Assembly (NCBI RefSeq): GCF_036321535.1
Contig: NC_087437.1
Span: 16,742,001 to 16,806,000, forward strand
Length of the DNA stretch: 64,000 nt
Direction of reading: 5' to 3'
Source of the DNA: Camelus dromedarius
Taxonomy: Eukaryota
Shown: piece after piece, positions 53,059-64,000 of the stretch
How the letters are laid out: the number at the start of each line of letters is the position of its first letter
How positions within the stretch are numbered: the stretch's first letter is position 1
The notes under the pieces: model-generated
Databases searched by the model: none
Told to the model about the DNA's origin: nothing
The model's input: the letters and a program-made list of their open reading frames with translations, nothing else
Translations under genes and position numbers: made by a program

Positions 53059-53959
53059 GTAGGCTGAGCCCTTTTTTGTCCTAATGTAACTCTGTAAAGT
53101 CTCCTTTTTGTTACTCTCTAGTATCCAGGCTTTCAGATCTTTATGCAGAATGTAGCCTGGGCTATAATGATTATGTTACGTGGAAGGGAGGTACAGTAAA
53201 ATTGAATTAATTATTTATATCTATTTTCCTTCTCATATGTACCCAGTGCTTAAGAGGTCTCTTGTATGCACAAGTAAGTGATACGCTCATTCTGTCTGGT
53301 CTTATGAGGTATACCTTTTGCTATGTCATTAATATTGATACCCACTTGATCTTTAGCATTTGCAAATAATACTGAAAAGAATTTTCAGCAGCCTTTTACA
53401 AAAAAAAAAAAATAGAAGAAGAAGAAGAAGGCTATGTCTATAATACCTCAAAGTTAGAACTGAAATGATAATGAGAAACTGATTGTGGGATTGTGTGTAA
53501 TCAAGTAAGATTTTAAAATAACATAATCACAGTCTCGGACTTGGTGAGGTGTTCTCATTCTCTGTTTGTTACACACAACCTCGTTTGATCACCATAGGCA
53601 GGGCATGAATTAGAGTGAGAGCACAGGGGCTGCAACTCACACTACAGCCACACCACACGTTCTCTGTCCTGAAGAATTGTCTTTGGAAGAATTCCAAAGT
53701 GAACCTCAGGGCACCCCTCACGTTCATAGCCATACCCAGGTGAGATGAGCCTTGCCTCTGAGGAAGCCTCTCTCACTCTTCGGGTACTTTTTGTTGGCTA
53801 TGGATTTGTTGGGTTCTGTTGAGAACAGAATACTACCATTCTTCTTCCCCTGTAGGAACTTCATTGTTTGCCTTTATGTTGATGCTCCTCTGTCATAAAA
53901 CTTTGTAAGACTTTATTTGAGCCAGAAGATGTCACTGTCGTCTAAGGCTATCTCAGAAG

Positions 53960-54725
53960 TCATTTTTGCCTGTTAACCACAACACTATACTAAACTGCCT
54001 CCACCACAGTCACCCTGGCCTGGCCAGTCACCCTGGTTTCTTAGGTGGATTACTTCTAATTGGTCTCTTGGCTTACACCCTCATTGCCCTGCAGCCTAGT
54101 CTCCTCAAAGCAGAGTTATCCTTTGAAAATGTAAGTCAGAACATGGCATTCCTCTGCGCAAACTCTCCAGTGTTTTCTTGTCTCTTTCAGAATAAAAGCC
54201 AAAATTCTTACCAAAAATCTCCATCCCCACCCTCCACCTCCCCAACACACATGCCCCCTCACACCCTCTAGTGTGTTCTCATCTCCCACCAGGCTGACCC
54301 CTTGCTCACTCTGCTTCAGCAACAGACCAAACCCACTTCTGCTTCAGGTACTTTGTTCTTTCTCTTCCCTCTACCTGGAAGGCTCTTCTCACAGATCTCC
54401 ACATGACTAACTCCTTCACTTCATCCAGATATGTACTCAGATATCCCCTTCTTAGTGAGACCTGCCCTGATCACCCTCTGCCTTCCTCACCCTTCTTCTC
54501 CCTCTCTCCCCTCCCTGTACACTTCTGTCCCTTTGTTCTGATTTATTTTCCTTTTTGGCTTTTATATCATTTGATATTTAAAATTTTTTATTGTCCATCT
54601 CCTTCTCTATAACATAAACTCCATGAGAAGCAGGCATTTTGTATTTTTCACTGCTGTGTCTTCAATACCTAGAATAGTGTCTGGCACATAATAGATACAC
54701 AGCAAACATTTATTGAGTGAGTAGA
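53960..54725 (+). mobile_element. LINE-2 (L2a-like) 3' fragment
   Basis: ccttgctcactctgcttcagc...aactccatgagaagcagg...tctggcacataatag...aacatttattgagtgag. Confidence 0.75.
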
Positions 54726-57255
54726 AGTGAAGTTATTCATCCTTAAGAATTCTACACATTAACCTGGATTCAATCCCAAAGGGAATTATTGGGTTCCGAT
54801 TGTTGACTGCTCTATAAACTCAGGGCATATTAATAGTATAATTTAGAATCTTAACAATTGGAAAAGATCTTAGAGATAAGCTAATCCAATCTTCTACCAA
54901 TTCAGAAAATGCAGTCTACAGGGGAACCTTTTATCAGAATTTATTCTTAGAAAAGCTGTTAAAGAACAGAATTATAAAAGAGATACATTTTCTTTCTCTA
55001 CACCTTCTGGTTTGATATTTATTGAAGAATGGTTCCTGGACCTATTTTGGTCTGTGGTCATCTAGCAAGTGGCCCCCATGAAGTACTGTGATTTCAGAGT
55101 GAAAAGCCATGAAACAATTTTGTTTGCATATAATTCACATTTTCTGAGAAATTCTATTATGTTAATCATTGAACAAAAAGAACTACATTGGTCAATTAAC
55201 AGGATACAGTTAATTATCTCTGCTGACATATATTCATGGCATTTGCATGCTATTGTTTAGATTTTTTTAATTTACACTTCATTGTTAGTATTATGCTGCT
55301 TTATCCCCAGTTCACAAAATGAATCCATTACTCAGAAGTAGTCATTAAAGTGTAAAATATTTATGATAAAGTAATGATAATGGGACAACTCAAAACAGCA
55401 TCATAACATAAATAGTAAGTAAGATCCAGTTGAGAATACAGAATGTGAATCTGTATGTGCTGAGATAAGTTGGTCTGTCTGCTATCGTGATAATTTCATA
55501 CTACCATCCAAAAGGAAGAGTGCAAATATAAAGCACCACACTGCAAATCTGGGAACAGAATTTTATTGGACTAGTTATCTGTTCTCCCCAGTGCCTTTTT
55601 TACTGCAAAATTTGGTCAAATAATGGCATGAAGTGATTGAAGCTTTTGCCTGATTTCAGAGTACAGTAAATTTTCCAGAAAGAATGCAAAATAAGGATTC
55701 TAATATGAAATTAATTTTTTTGTTAAAGGCATAAAAGTGACCAAATTAGAGAGGTGTCATTCTCTACTTTTTTTATGGCAAAGACAGATAAGATCACACT
55801 TTTTTCCGAGAAACTTACGAAGATTGGCCTCAGAATTGATGACAAGTATCTCAGAAAAAGCAAAATTAAAATTTATCATATGACCCTATTGAATGTTATA
55901 TAATCTCAGTGGCATACAGTATAAAACAATGTATTTTGTTTACATACTGGAGTTAGTTTTTCCACTTTACAGTTGAAAGAAACTGCTGACACTGAGTACA
56001 ACTCAACTATTAGTTTATGTGTGTAGCACATGTATGATGAAGAAATTTGGGCAACTTTTATTTTCCATTTATCACTGAAAACCTATGCTACAGGAAAAAA
56101 CTTCTTGTTTAGTTAATTATTTTTGTCAGTTATTTTTAGACAGGAAAGACAGAACACCAACCATGCATATAGCAAAAAAGGACATCACTACCTCAGTGAG
56201 AGATTGTACCTAAAGTCAGTCTGTGTTCTCTTTTATTTCCACAGAAGAGTTGGCAATTGAGAAATAAGCCTCTTGACAGTAAATGAAAATGAAAATTGGA
56301 AAAACCAGTAAATTGTAGCCCTTGAGGTTGCAGTTTTGCATTCCATGCAAAGGAATTGCCAGTGAATAAGACTGCTTATCCTTACTGGCATATGCTGGCT
56401 TTTGAGGAAAGAGCTGTTCACATGAGGTTTTAAAATAAATGATAAGACTAAAAGGACTTTTGTGACATTGGTGCTTCAGTAAAGCTATTTCTGTGGCTTG
56501 TTCGGGTGGTGTCTTATTGATATTTAGTATTTTGATTGGCCTGAATCTAGCACGTCAGGCTGAAATGTCAGGATTTTAATTAATTGAGGACAAGGCACTG
56601 ATATTTCCTAAAAAGACTGAACTGTGGTGGAGACGCTCATCACTAACAGCTTAACTCTTTCCCCTTGAGAACTTTTCCTCTTGACAGAGAAAGCAATCGT
56701 TTTTAGTATACATTTTTTTAAAGTCCAAGTTCTGCAGAAGACAATCAAGAAATACTTTTCAGAGCCATATTAGCCAGAGTGGATCAGGAACCCATTCACC
56801 ACGACCTGCCTAGTAGAAGAGCCAGGCTTCCCGCATTGAGTGTGTTCATCTGCATTCAAGTCACCCACAAAGAGCAGTCTCTCTGTAATTTCTGTGTCTG
56901 CATCTGATCCACTTGTCAAAATCTCCCCGACAGAGCCACCAAACATGTACTTCCACTCCTGGTGACCTATAATTGTGAATTAGAGGTTTCCAATTCAAAA
57001 GATAAAAAGAAAAAGAAAGGAAACTGACTTATAATTCAGATTGTCTATCAAGTTGACTAGGGATCCCTTGATGAAAAACCATCAAATTTCACTTCTATTA
57101 CTGGCAGTAAATAATTTCTCTTACCATTATTAATTTTTATGTTTTGTTTGATATTTTTTATTTTTTTGTTAATTTATTTTTTATTTACCTAAAAGTGGTA
57201 GACCAAAAGTTAGGGGGAAAAACTGTAATGTAGAACTGGTAGCTACATACTCTCA

Positions 57256-57270
57256 CCACTAGATGGTGCC
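57256..57270 (+). promoter_or_regulatory. CTCF-like core motif
   Basis: CCACTAGATGGTGCC, one C>T from consensus. Confidence 0.45.
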
Positions 57271-58209
57271 CATACCTCAGTGAACGAAAATGCTGAATCA
57301 GTAGTGTGGAAACCAATAAATGTGCTGATGTAGTGGGGCCACTGAATAAGATTTAGGCTACGGATGGAATACAGGTACATTTTTTATAGTATGAGACAAG
57401 TAGGTTAGCAGAGGCTAAAAATAGGAAATTACTTAACATTCAGAATGTTTGCAAACTTTAAAAATTCTGTCAAAAAGAACAAAAAAAATGAAGAATAAAA
57501 TAAGCAAAAAGAAATACAGATTAAAGTTTTATAATTTTAAGTGTAACACAGTACTTCCATGAATAATGTAAAGTATTTGAAGAGTATATAAGTATAAAAT
57601 TTAGGTAAATAGGAAACAGACTTTAAGATAAATTTATGTTTAAAATCAAGAAATAAGGACAAAAATCAAATAATATGCAGCAAAGAAAAATTCGGTATAA
57701 TAACATGTGTGAAATTGATTTTAACTTGAGAAAGAAGACATGGAACTATGATAAAAGATACTCTTAATGTTTATTTTCATATATATATATTTATCTGCTA
57801 AAAACCATCCATCTTTTTAATATGAACTTCTGTGAAGCTAATGCTAAGATTACAGTGTTGAATAAGACACATTCTCTGCCTTGAAGCACTTTACGCAGAG
57901 TCTGAGTGGTTGGGGCCAGTAGAGAAATTATAGACACTAGCTAGTCCTAGCTCCCACCTAACACGGGAATCCTGTCAACTTCTGCCAAAATAACTGTGAT
58001 AAGAAGAAACCTCACTGCTTCATTACAACCCATTGCTTCATAGGGCTAATTTTAGGAAACTCTTTCTTATATTGAAACATTTTAGTATAAGGGCATTTCT
58101 ATCCAGTAGTTGTAGTTCTACCCTGGGGTGCAGCACAAAACAAATCAGCTTCTTCCACCTGATGGTCAGTCATTCAGATCATGGTCATAGCTACACTCTA
58201 GGCGTATTT

Positions 58210-58260
58210 TTTCCTCGAGAGTAAACACATTACTCTTTCCTCAAGAGTAAACACATTACT
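58210..58260. repeat. 26-bp tandem duplication
   Basis: tttcctc(g/a)agagtaaacacattact twice. Confidence 0.9.
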
Positions 58261-58538
58261 AGTATCTTTCACAGTAATTTTGTAGACAGTTATCCTTCCC
58301 TGTTTTATGTTTTCTGTACATTTTTATATGCAGTCTTTCTATAAGTCATAGACAACAATACTGATTTGTGTAAAATACTGATTAGAGAACTTTTCTGGGT
58401 TGGCATCAATCTGCTGTTCAAAACTCTGAATAGAATTATTCAATTAGCTATTAAGCCAACCCATATGTCTCTATCACAAATATAACATCAAAGTCTTTGT
58501 TACATAGCTTTCCAACCTCATTAATTTATCAAGCAATT

Positions 58539-59450
58539 TTCCAAAGAAGACATACAGATGGCCAGCAGGTACATGAAAAGATATTCAACATTACTAATCA
58601 TCAGGGAAATGCAAATCGAAACTATAGTGAGGTATTACCTCACACTTGTTAGAATGGCTGTCATCAGAAAGACAAGAAATAAAGATGCGGAGAAAAGGGA
58701 ACCCGTGGGCACTGTTGGTAGGAATGCAAATTAGTGCGGCCAATGGAAAACAGTATAGAGATTGCTCAAAAAAATGAAATATAAAACTACTATATGATCC
58801 ACCAATTCCACTTCTGGGTATTTATCCAAAGGAGACGGAAATACTAACTTGAAAAAATATATGCACCCCTGTGTTCACTGCAGCATTATTTACAATAGCC
58901 AATATATGGAAACAACCTCTGTGTTCAGATGAACTGATAAAGATGTGGAATATATACAATGGAATATTATCAGCCATAAAAAAAAGAGGGATATCTTGCC
59001 ATTTGCAACACCGTGCATGGACCTTGAGGGCATTATGCTATGTGAAACAAGTCAGACAGAGAAAGACAAGCACTGTATGATCTAAATCGATGAACAAAAA
59101 TAACAAGCTCATAAATACAGAGCACAGATAGGGGGGTGGCCAGAGGCAGTGGGTGAAATAGGTGAAGGGGAATCAAGAGGTATAAGCTTCCAGTTATAAA
59201 ATAAATCATGGGGGTGTAATGTGCACCGTGGTGACTATAGTTTATACTATACTGCGTATTTGAAAGATATTAAGAGAGTAAATCTTTAAAGTTCTTGCCA
59301 CAAGAAAAGAAATTCTGTAACTGTGGTAATGGATGTTAACTAGACTTACTGTGGTGATCATTTCACAATATATACAAATTACCGAATCATCAATCATGTT
59401 GTATACCTGAAACAAATATGATATACATTAATTATACCTCCATTTTTTTA
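58539..59450 (+). mobile_element. 5'-truncated L1 3' region
   Basis: ORF2 C-terminal and 3' UTR sequence; perfect 13-bp TSD ttatcaagcaatt (58526-58538 / 59454-59466). Confidence 0.9.
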
Positions 59451-60856
59451 AAATTATCAAGCAATTGACCACCTTATATATGCAGAACAGCATATCACGC
59501 ACTGGGATGCAAGTGAAGAAAGACCAGGTTCCTTAGAGTTTGGAGGTGATGACAATCAGGTGTAACTGTTTAGAATATAACCACAGGATGACTGAAGGGG
59601 ACTCAGCGGACGTCAGAAGCACAGAAGACAGCTTTACCCAAGTCCCTGCTTGAGGGCTTCTTATGGAGTTGGCAGCTGAGCTAGATTCTGAAGGGTCAGA
59701 AGGAGTTAGCACTGATAGCAGAGATGGGGTGAGGGATGCCAGGCAGCAGATGTCAGGACCTTCATCCTGAGGCTAGATTTTTCCTGTTATTTTTGAGACT
59801 CACTCTCTTTGCCAAAGAATCCAGAAACAGAATAGTAATTTAGTTATTCATTAGTCCTACTCTTTGTATAGATGTCCAAATGTCTTCCCTTTTTTGTTCT
59901 TCTTGCACTAAAATAGCCTTAAAAAGAAATCTAACCTTTTCTATGATAAAACCACCAAGGCTGTAAGATTTCTATATTATTAGATAATCAAAATCCTAGC
60001 CAAAGTACAAAAAAAGCTGCTTAAATTGCTCTTCTCACCACTGCTTCCTTTTGGAGAAGAAGAAAAAAAAAAAAACTAGCAGGTAAAGGGGAACTTAAAT
60101 GGGTGGGAATAACCTCAGGTGAAATTGTTAAGAATGTACAGTGGCCTTCTACCTCTAGGATTGCAGCTTCTGTCTTCTTTCTCCAGTCCCCCCTACACCA
60201 CAGCACACACATCCTCAATTTCAGACACATTTGCTACCCGTCCCCTTCTCTCCCATCTTGTCTAGAGTCTTCTCCAGAATTTCACATTTGTTAATAAATT
60301 CATTAAAACACTAGTTAATAACAAAATTGTGCATGCTCAAATAAGGCCTCAGGATGTAAATTACTCCAGGTGTACCTGAGTTTCCAGAGAGAGTCTGGAA
60401 GTCCTCAAAACTCCAATGGATAAGGCTATAATAACCAGAATAATGCCCTCTTGAATCATACCACGTTGGCAGCTGTTCTTCTGACCCATTAATTGTTAAG
60501 CCAACACAGCACATATTTCCCACCTCATTTCCCTTCCCAAAACATCTAGCCTAATAAGCAATACTCAAATCAGTCATCATTGTGTAAGATGAGAGATAGG
60601 AAAGGAAGTGACATCTAGGTATCCAGGAAATGCAGACTTGTGAGCAATTTTTTTATTCTTAGAATTATAAGGGAGATGCAAACTACACAGATGTAGATTT
60701 TTAAACTAGAGTATTAATTTTTACTAGAAATGACACTTGATATAATCAAAAAGGCAAAACTTAGCTTGGTTCAAAGAATATTCATAAGATGGCCTTTGAT
60801 AAAGTCATAGATATCGTTAATGTTCTTATTTGGTTTTGTTTTCCTTTTGGAACCAG

Positions 60857-60943
60857 GTTATTCAGAGAATATTCTACACAGTCAACAGATCTTGGAGTGG
60901 AAAAATTACTTCAACAGAGATAAGAAAAAGCAACTTTTTGCAA
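60857..60943 (+). CDS. PPP2R3A: Coding exon (VIQRIFYTVNRSWSGKITSTEIRKSNFLQ), degenerate EF-hand-like loop; gene continues beyond the window
   Basis: Acceptor ttttggaaccag|GTT, donor CAA|gtatgc; 87 nt, phase 0/0. Confidence 0.95.
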
Positions 60944-60989
60944 GTATGCTTCATTGAAATTCATATATAAGGAGCAATCTAGATAATAT

Positions 60990-61500
60990 TCTTCATTTAA
61001 CAAATATCTGAGTGCTTATTATGTGCAAAGCCCTGTCACTACTTTCCGTCATTAAGTGATTACCAGATACCTGGGATGTGTTGGGGGAACAAAGGTGAAT
61101 AACAGGAGATTATTGCATCAGGGCACGCCATAGAGCAAGAGAAAAGTGCACACACAGCCACACATGACTTGAAAAATTTCACAGAAATGTGTCGTAAACA
61201 TGCAATAAAGGTTTCACAATAGGACTGGCATGTGATCTTGACCTTGGAGATATCAGGAGTTTACCAAAGAAGAAAAAAATAGAGGAAAGGGGCATTCCAG
61301 ACAGAGAGGAAGCAGCATAAGCAAAGGCCCAGAAGCATGGAAGTGGCGTGTTGAGGAACTGCAGAGCAGTCTTGAGCGGCCACAGTCTCCACGGAGAGAG
61401 CCATGAGTGATGAGGCCTGCGGGTGTGACAGGGCCAGGCTGGGAAGGACCTTGAAAAAGAAATAGAGGAATTTCTGCTTGATCCTTTCAGCAATGACTCT
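60990..61500 (-). mobile_element. LINE-2 fragment
   Basis: catttaacaaatatctgagtgcttattatgtgc...ggcattccagacagagaggaagcagcataagcaaaggcccagaagcatgga. Confidence 0.6.
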
Positions 61501-62279
61501 TTATCCAGCTCCTGCTGGAGAAAATTACTAAAAATTCCTAAGAAAAGTATACATTTCATTCAATTATTTTATTTTACCAAATAAGAAAGTATTGACCACT
61601 AGTGGGAGCCTTTCACCGAGGCAATCTTCATGCCTGATTGTTCAAGCTTTTCTGTCAACCTAAAGAAAGTAGAATTGGTCACATTTCCTTAAAAGGAAAT
61701 GAAATATTTTATTTTAAATGAATCATACTAAATGAAGCTTAGGCGAACAATACAACCTTATTTATTCTCTAATTTTTTTTTCTATCTTCATCTGGGACAA
61801 AGTAACGAAGCCTTGGCAAAATTAGCAACCCGTAATAGCTATGCAAACATTTTTTATTCTAATAAATGAAAAGTCATCATCAAAGTCATTATCAATACTT
61901 ACTGAACACATGGTGTCTGCCTAGGCTCTCAGGAGGTAATGTGGGATGGCTTGAGATGGCAATAATTCCGTTAAAAAGGCCTTAAACCTTAAGAATGATA
62001 ATAATCCCTGACATTCCTGAAGCACGTTAGAGTCTGTAGTTTCTAGATCAGTATTATAATCCTTTTTTTTTTTTTTTTGACTAATGATAAAGGTTGAGGC
62101 CCAAATATGGTTGAGTGACTTGGATAAGATCACATAGCAAGTAAATGGCTGAACTGGAAATAGAACTCAAGTGTTCTGCTTCCCTCTGTTTTCTTCCCTA
62201 CCTCTCTCCTTAGTCTTCCTCTTATACGTGAATATATGCTCATGAAACATTCAGATAAAATAAACATGTATAGACTAGT

Positions 62280-63720
62280 AATTAGAGGTCACTATTTATC
62301 TCTTCACTTGGCCATTTCACTCCCTTTCCCAGAGGGAACCCATATCGTCTGTGGTTTTATTCCCTTATCTGTGTATTTATGGAGTATGTAGTTTTGTTCT
62401 GAATGACTGCTTCATTGGATTTTTTTAAATATGTGAAACCATACTCATTGTTCTGTTAACTTTTTTTAACTTAACAGTATGTCTTGACATCCTTTTCATT
62501 TCCATTCATATAAATCTATCTCATTCTTTTAACTGCTGCACAATCTATGGCATGGCTGTACTGTAATTACATATTCCTCTGTTGAAGATGGTCAAGTCGT
62601 TTTTATATTCTCCCCATTACAATAATGCAGTGAACATCCTTGTACTTTCCTCTTGTCTGTAAATGAGTAAAAATTTCTCTAAAATAGCCTACTGGAGGGA
62701 AAATCCTGAATCAGATGGTATATGCATTTTCAGTGTGACAGATCCTGCCAAGTTACCCTCCTAAACGCCTGCATTTGTTCACACTTACATACTCACCAAC
62801 AGCAGAAGTTACACTTTTTTCTTCATTTTATGACAGTCCAGTAGGTGAAAATGAGAGCTCCTTGCTTCTCAAGATCTTTTTATTGTGCATATTCTGCTTT
62901 ATACACATTAAAGAGCATTTTATAAAACAAAACATTACAAGAAAGTTTGGAAAACAGAAGAAAAAACATTTTACCATCCTAATACAACTAATGTTTTTGT
63001 ATATATTCTCTAGTCTCATTCAGATGCATATCTGGATTTTAAGATTTAACATAGTTCTTAATGTGTACAATCTTACATCGGATATTCTGCACCCACTATA
63101 TGGTTTTCCATTTTTTCTATGTAGACTTTATAATGTTTAGTGGCTTCATAATCTTTCATTAAGTGGATTTTACCATAATTTAATAATTTGTGTTGTTTTC
63201 GATTTGCCCCAAAGCATTTTAGATTCCCAGTATTTACATTTTAGAAAATAATTTTTATCAAAGTAATACATTTGCATTATGAAATGAGTCACCTTTGTTT
63301 CTTATGTTTTTCACCTTGAATTCCATTTTATTTTCTAATGATATTGACATACGTTTTCTTTTTGTTAAGATTTAGCTAGAGTATGTTTTAACTCTCCTTT
63401 TAAATTTTATTTCAGACTTACCTCTTACAGACACCCTATGCCTAGATCTGCTCTTTGAGTTTGGTTTTTATTCTCAATCTGAAGATCTTTTAATGGGAGA
63501 TTTAGCTCATTCACCTTTATTTTGATTGTTGGTGTATCTGATCTTATTTTTGCCATCTCACTTTGTTTTTTCTATTTCCTAAGTTTCTTTATGGTTTCTT
63601 TTATCTTTTTTTCTGAATCTTTCATTTCTGAAAAGATCTTCATTTATCTGCCCACTTAAATCATAATTTGGCTGGCTATAAGAATTCTGGGCCCAAAATC
63701 ATTGTTTCTGGTGTTTTCAC
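62280..63720 (-). mobile_element. Old antisense L1 (L1ME-like) fragments
   Basis: tcattcttttaactgctgca...tacaataatgcagtgaacatccttgta...; ggctggctataagaattctggg. Confidence 0.55.
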
Positions 63721-64000
63721 TGGGGGCACACAGTGAGTCAGAAGAGAAGCAGGTTTATTTCCATCCCAGGGCCCTGCAGCTCTTCCCTACATGCCTTCTA
63801 TGCCAGCCGTTCTTCCCCACCACTTCCCCGCATCATCACAGTGGTATACGTAAGTCACCTTTATGGTAAACTTGATTCCATTACAAAACCAATCCTGTAT
63901 GTGGATGCCCACTCTTCATAATAGAATAGATAGATGACCATTCTTTGTAACTTTGAAAAGTTAAAAGCAGTGTCAGTTTATAGCCATGTAATAAGTAAGT

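Noticed and set aside
1..64000. CRISPR arrays, operons, prokaryotic defence systems, retrogenes, CpG island
   Set aside because: Eukaryotic intron-exon DNA; I saw no spaced direct-repeat array, no intronless gene copy and no CpG-dense promoter

Overview
Mammalian (very likely camelid, judged from its tRNA-derived SINE family) AT-rich, CpG-poor genomic DNA. The window lies entirely inside the + strand gene PPP2R3A, the PP2A regulatory subunit B''alpha. It contains the large PR130-specific exon (2875-5330, CDS from 3333/3336), the alternative PR72 first coding exon (21632-21763, missed by the ORF track) and five shared exons (25425-25691, 32396-32499, 38217-38319, 52984-53058, 60857-60943). All splice in frame with GT-AG boundaries. 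The first non-coding exon/main promoter and the 3' exons with the canonical EF-hands lie outside the window. Introns are filled with L1, L2, MIR, CR1, hAT MITEs, LTR remnants and lineage-specific SINEs, including a ~11.7 kb nested, sense-oriented L1 stack. Almost all other ORFs in the track are noise or L1 relics. I see no clearly novel biological system. The best leads are: an inverted SINE pair bracketing the 2.46-kb start-codon exon (candidate protein-coding circRNA), a MEF2/E-box module at the PR72 promoter, a uORF-laden PR130 leader, linear motifs in the PR130 N-terminus, a divergent CTCF pair, and two twin-primed L1 inversions. Gene and repeat names come from recall, not database searches, and repeat boundaries are approximate.
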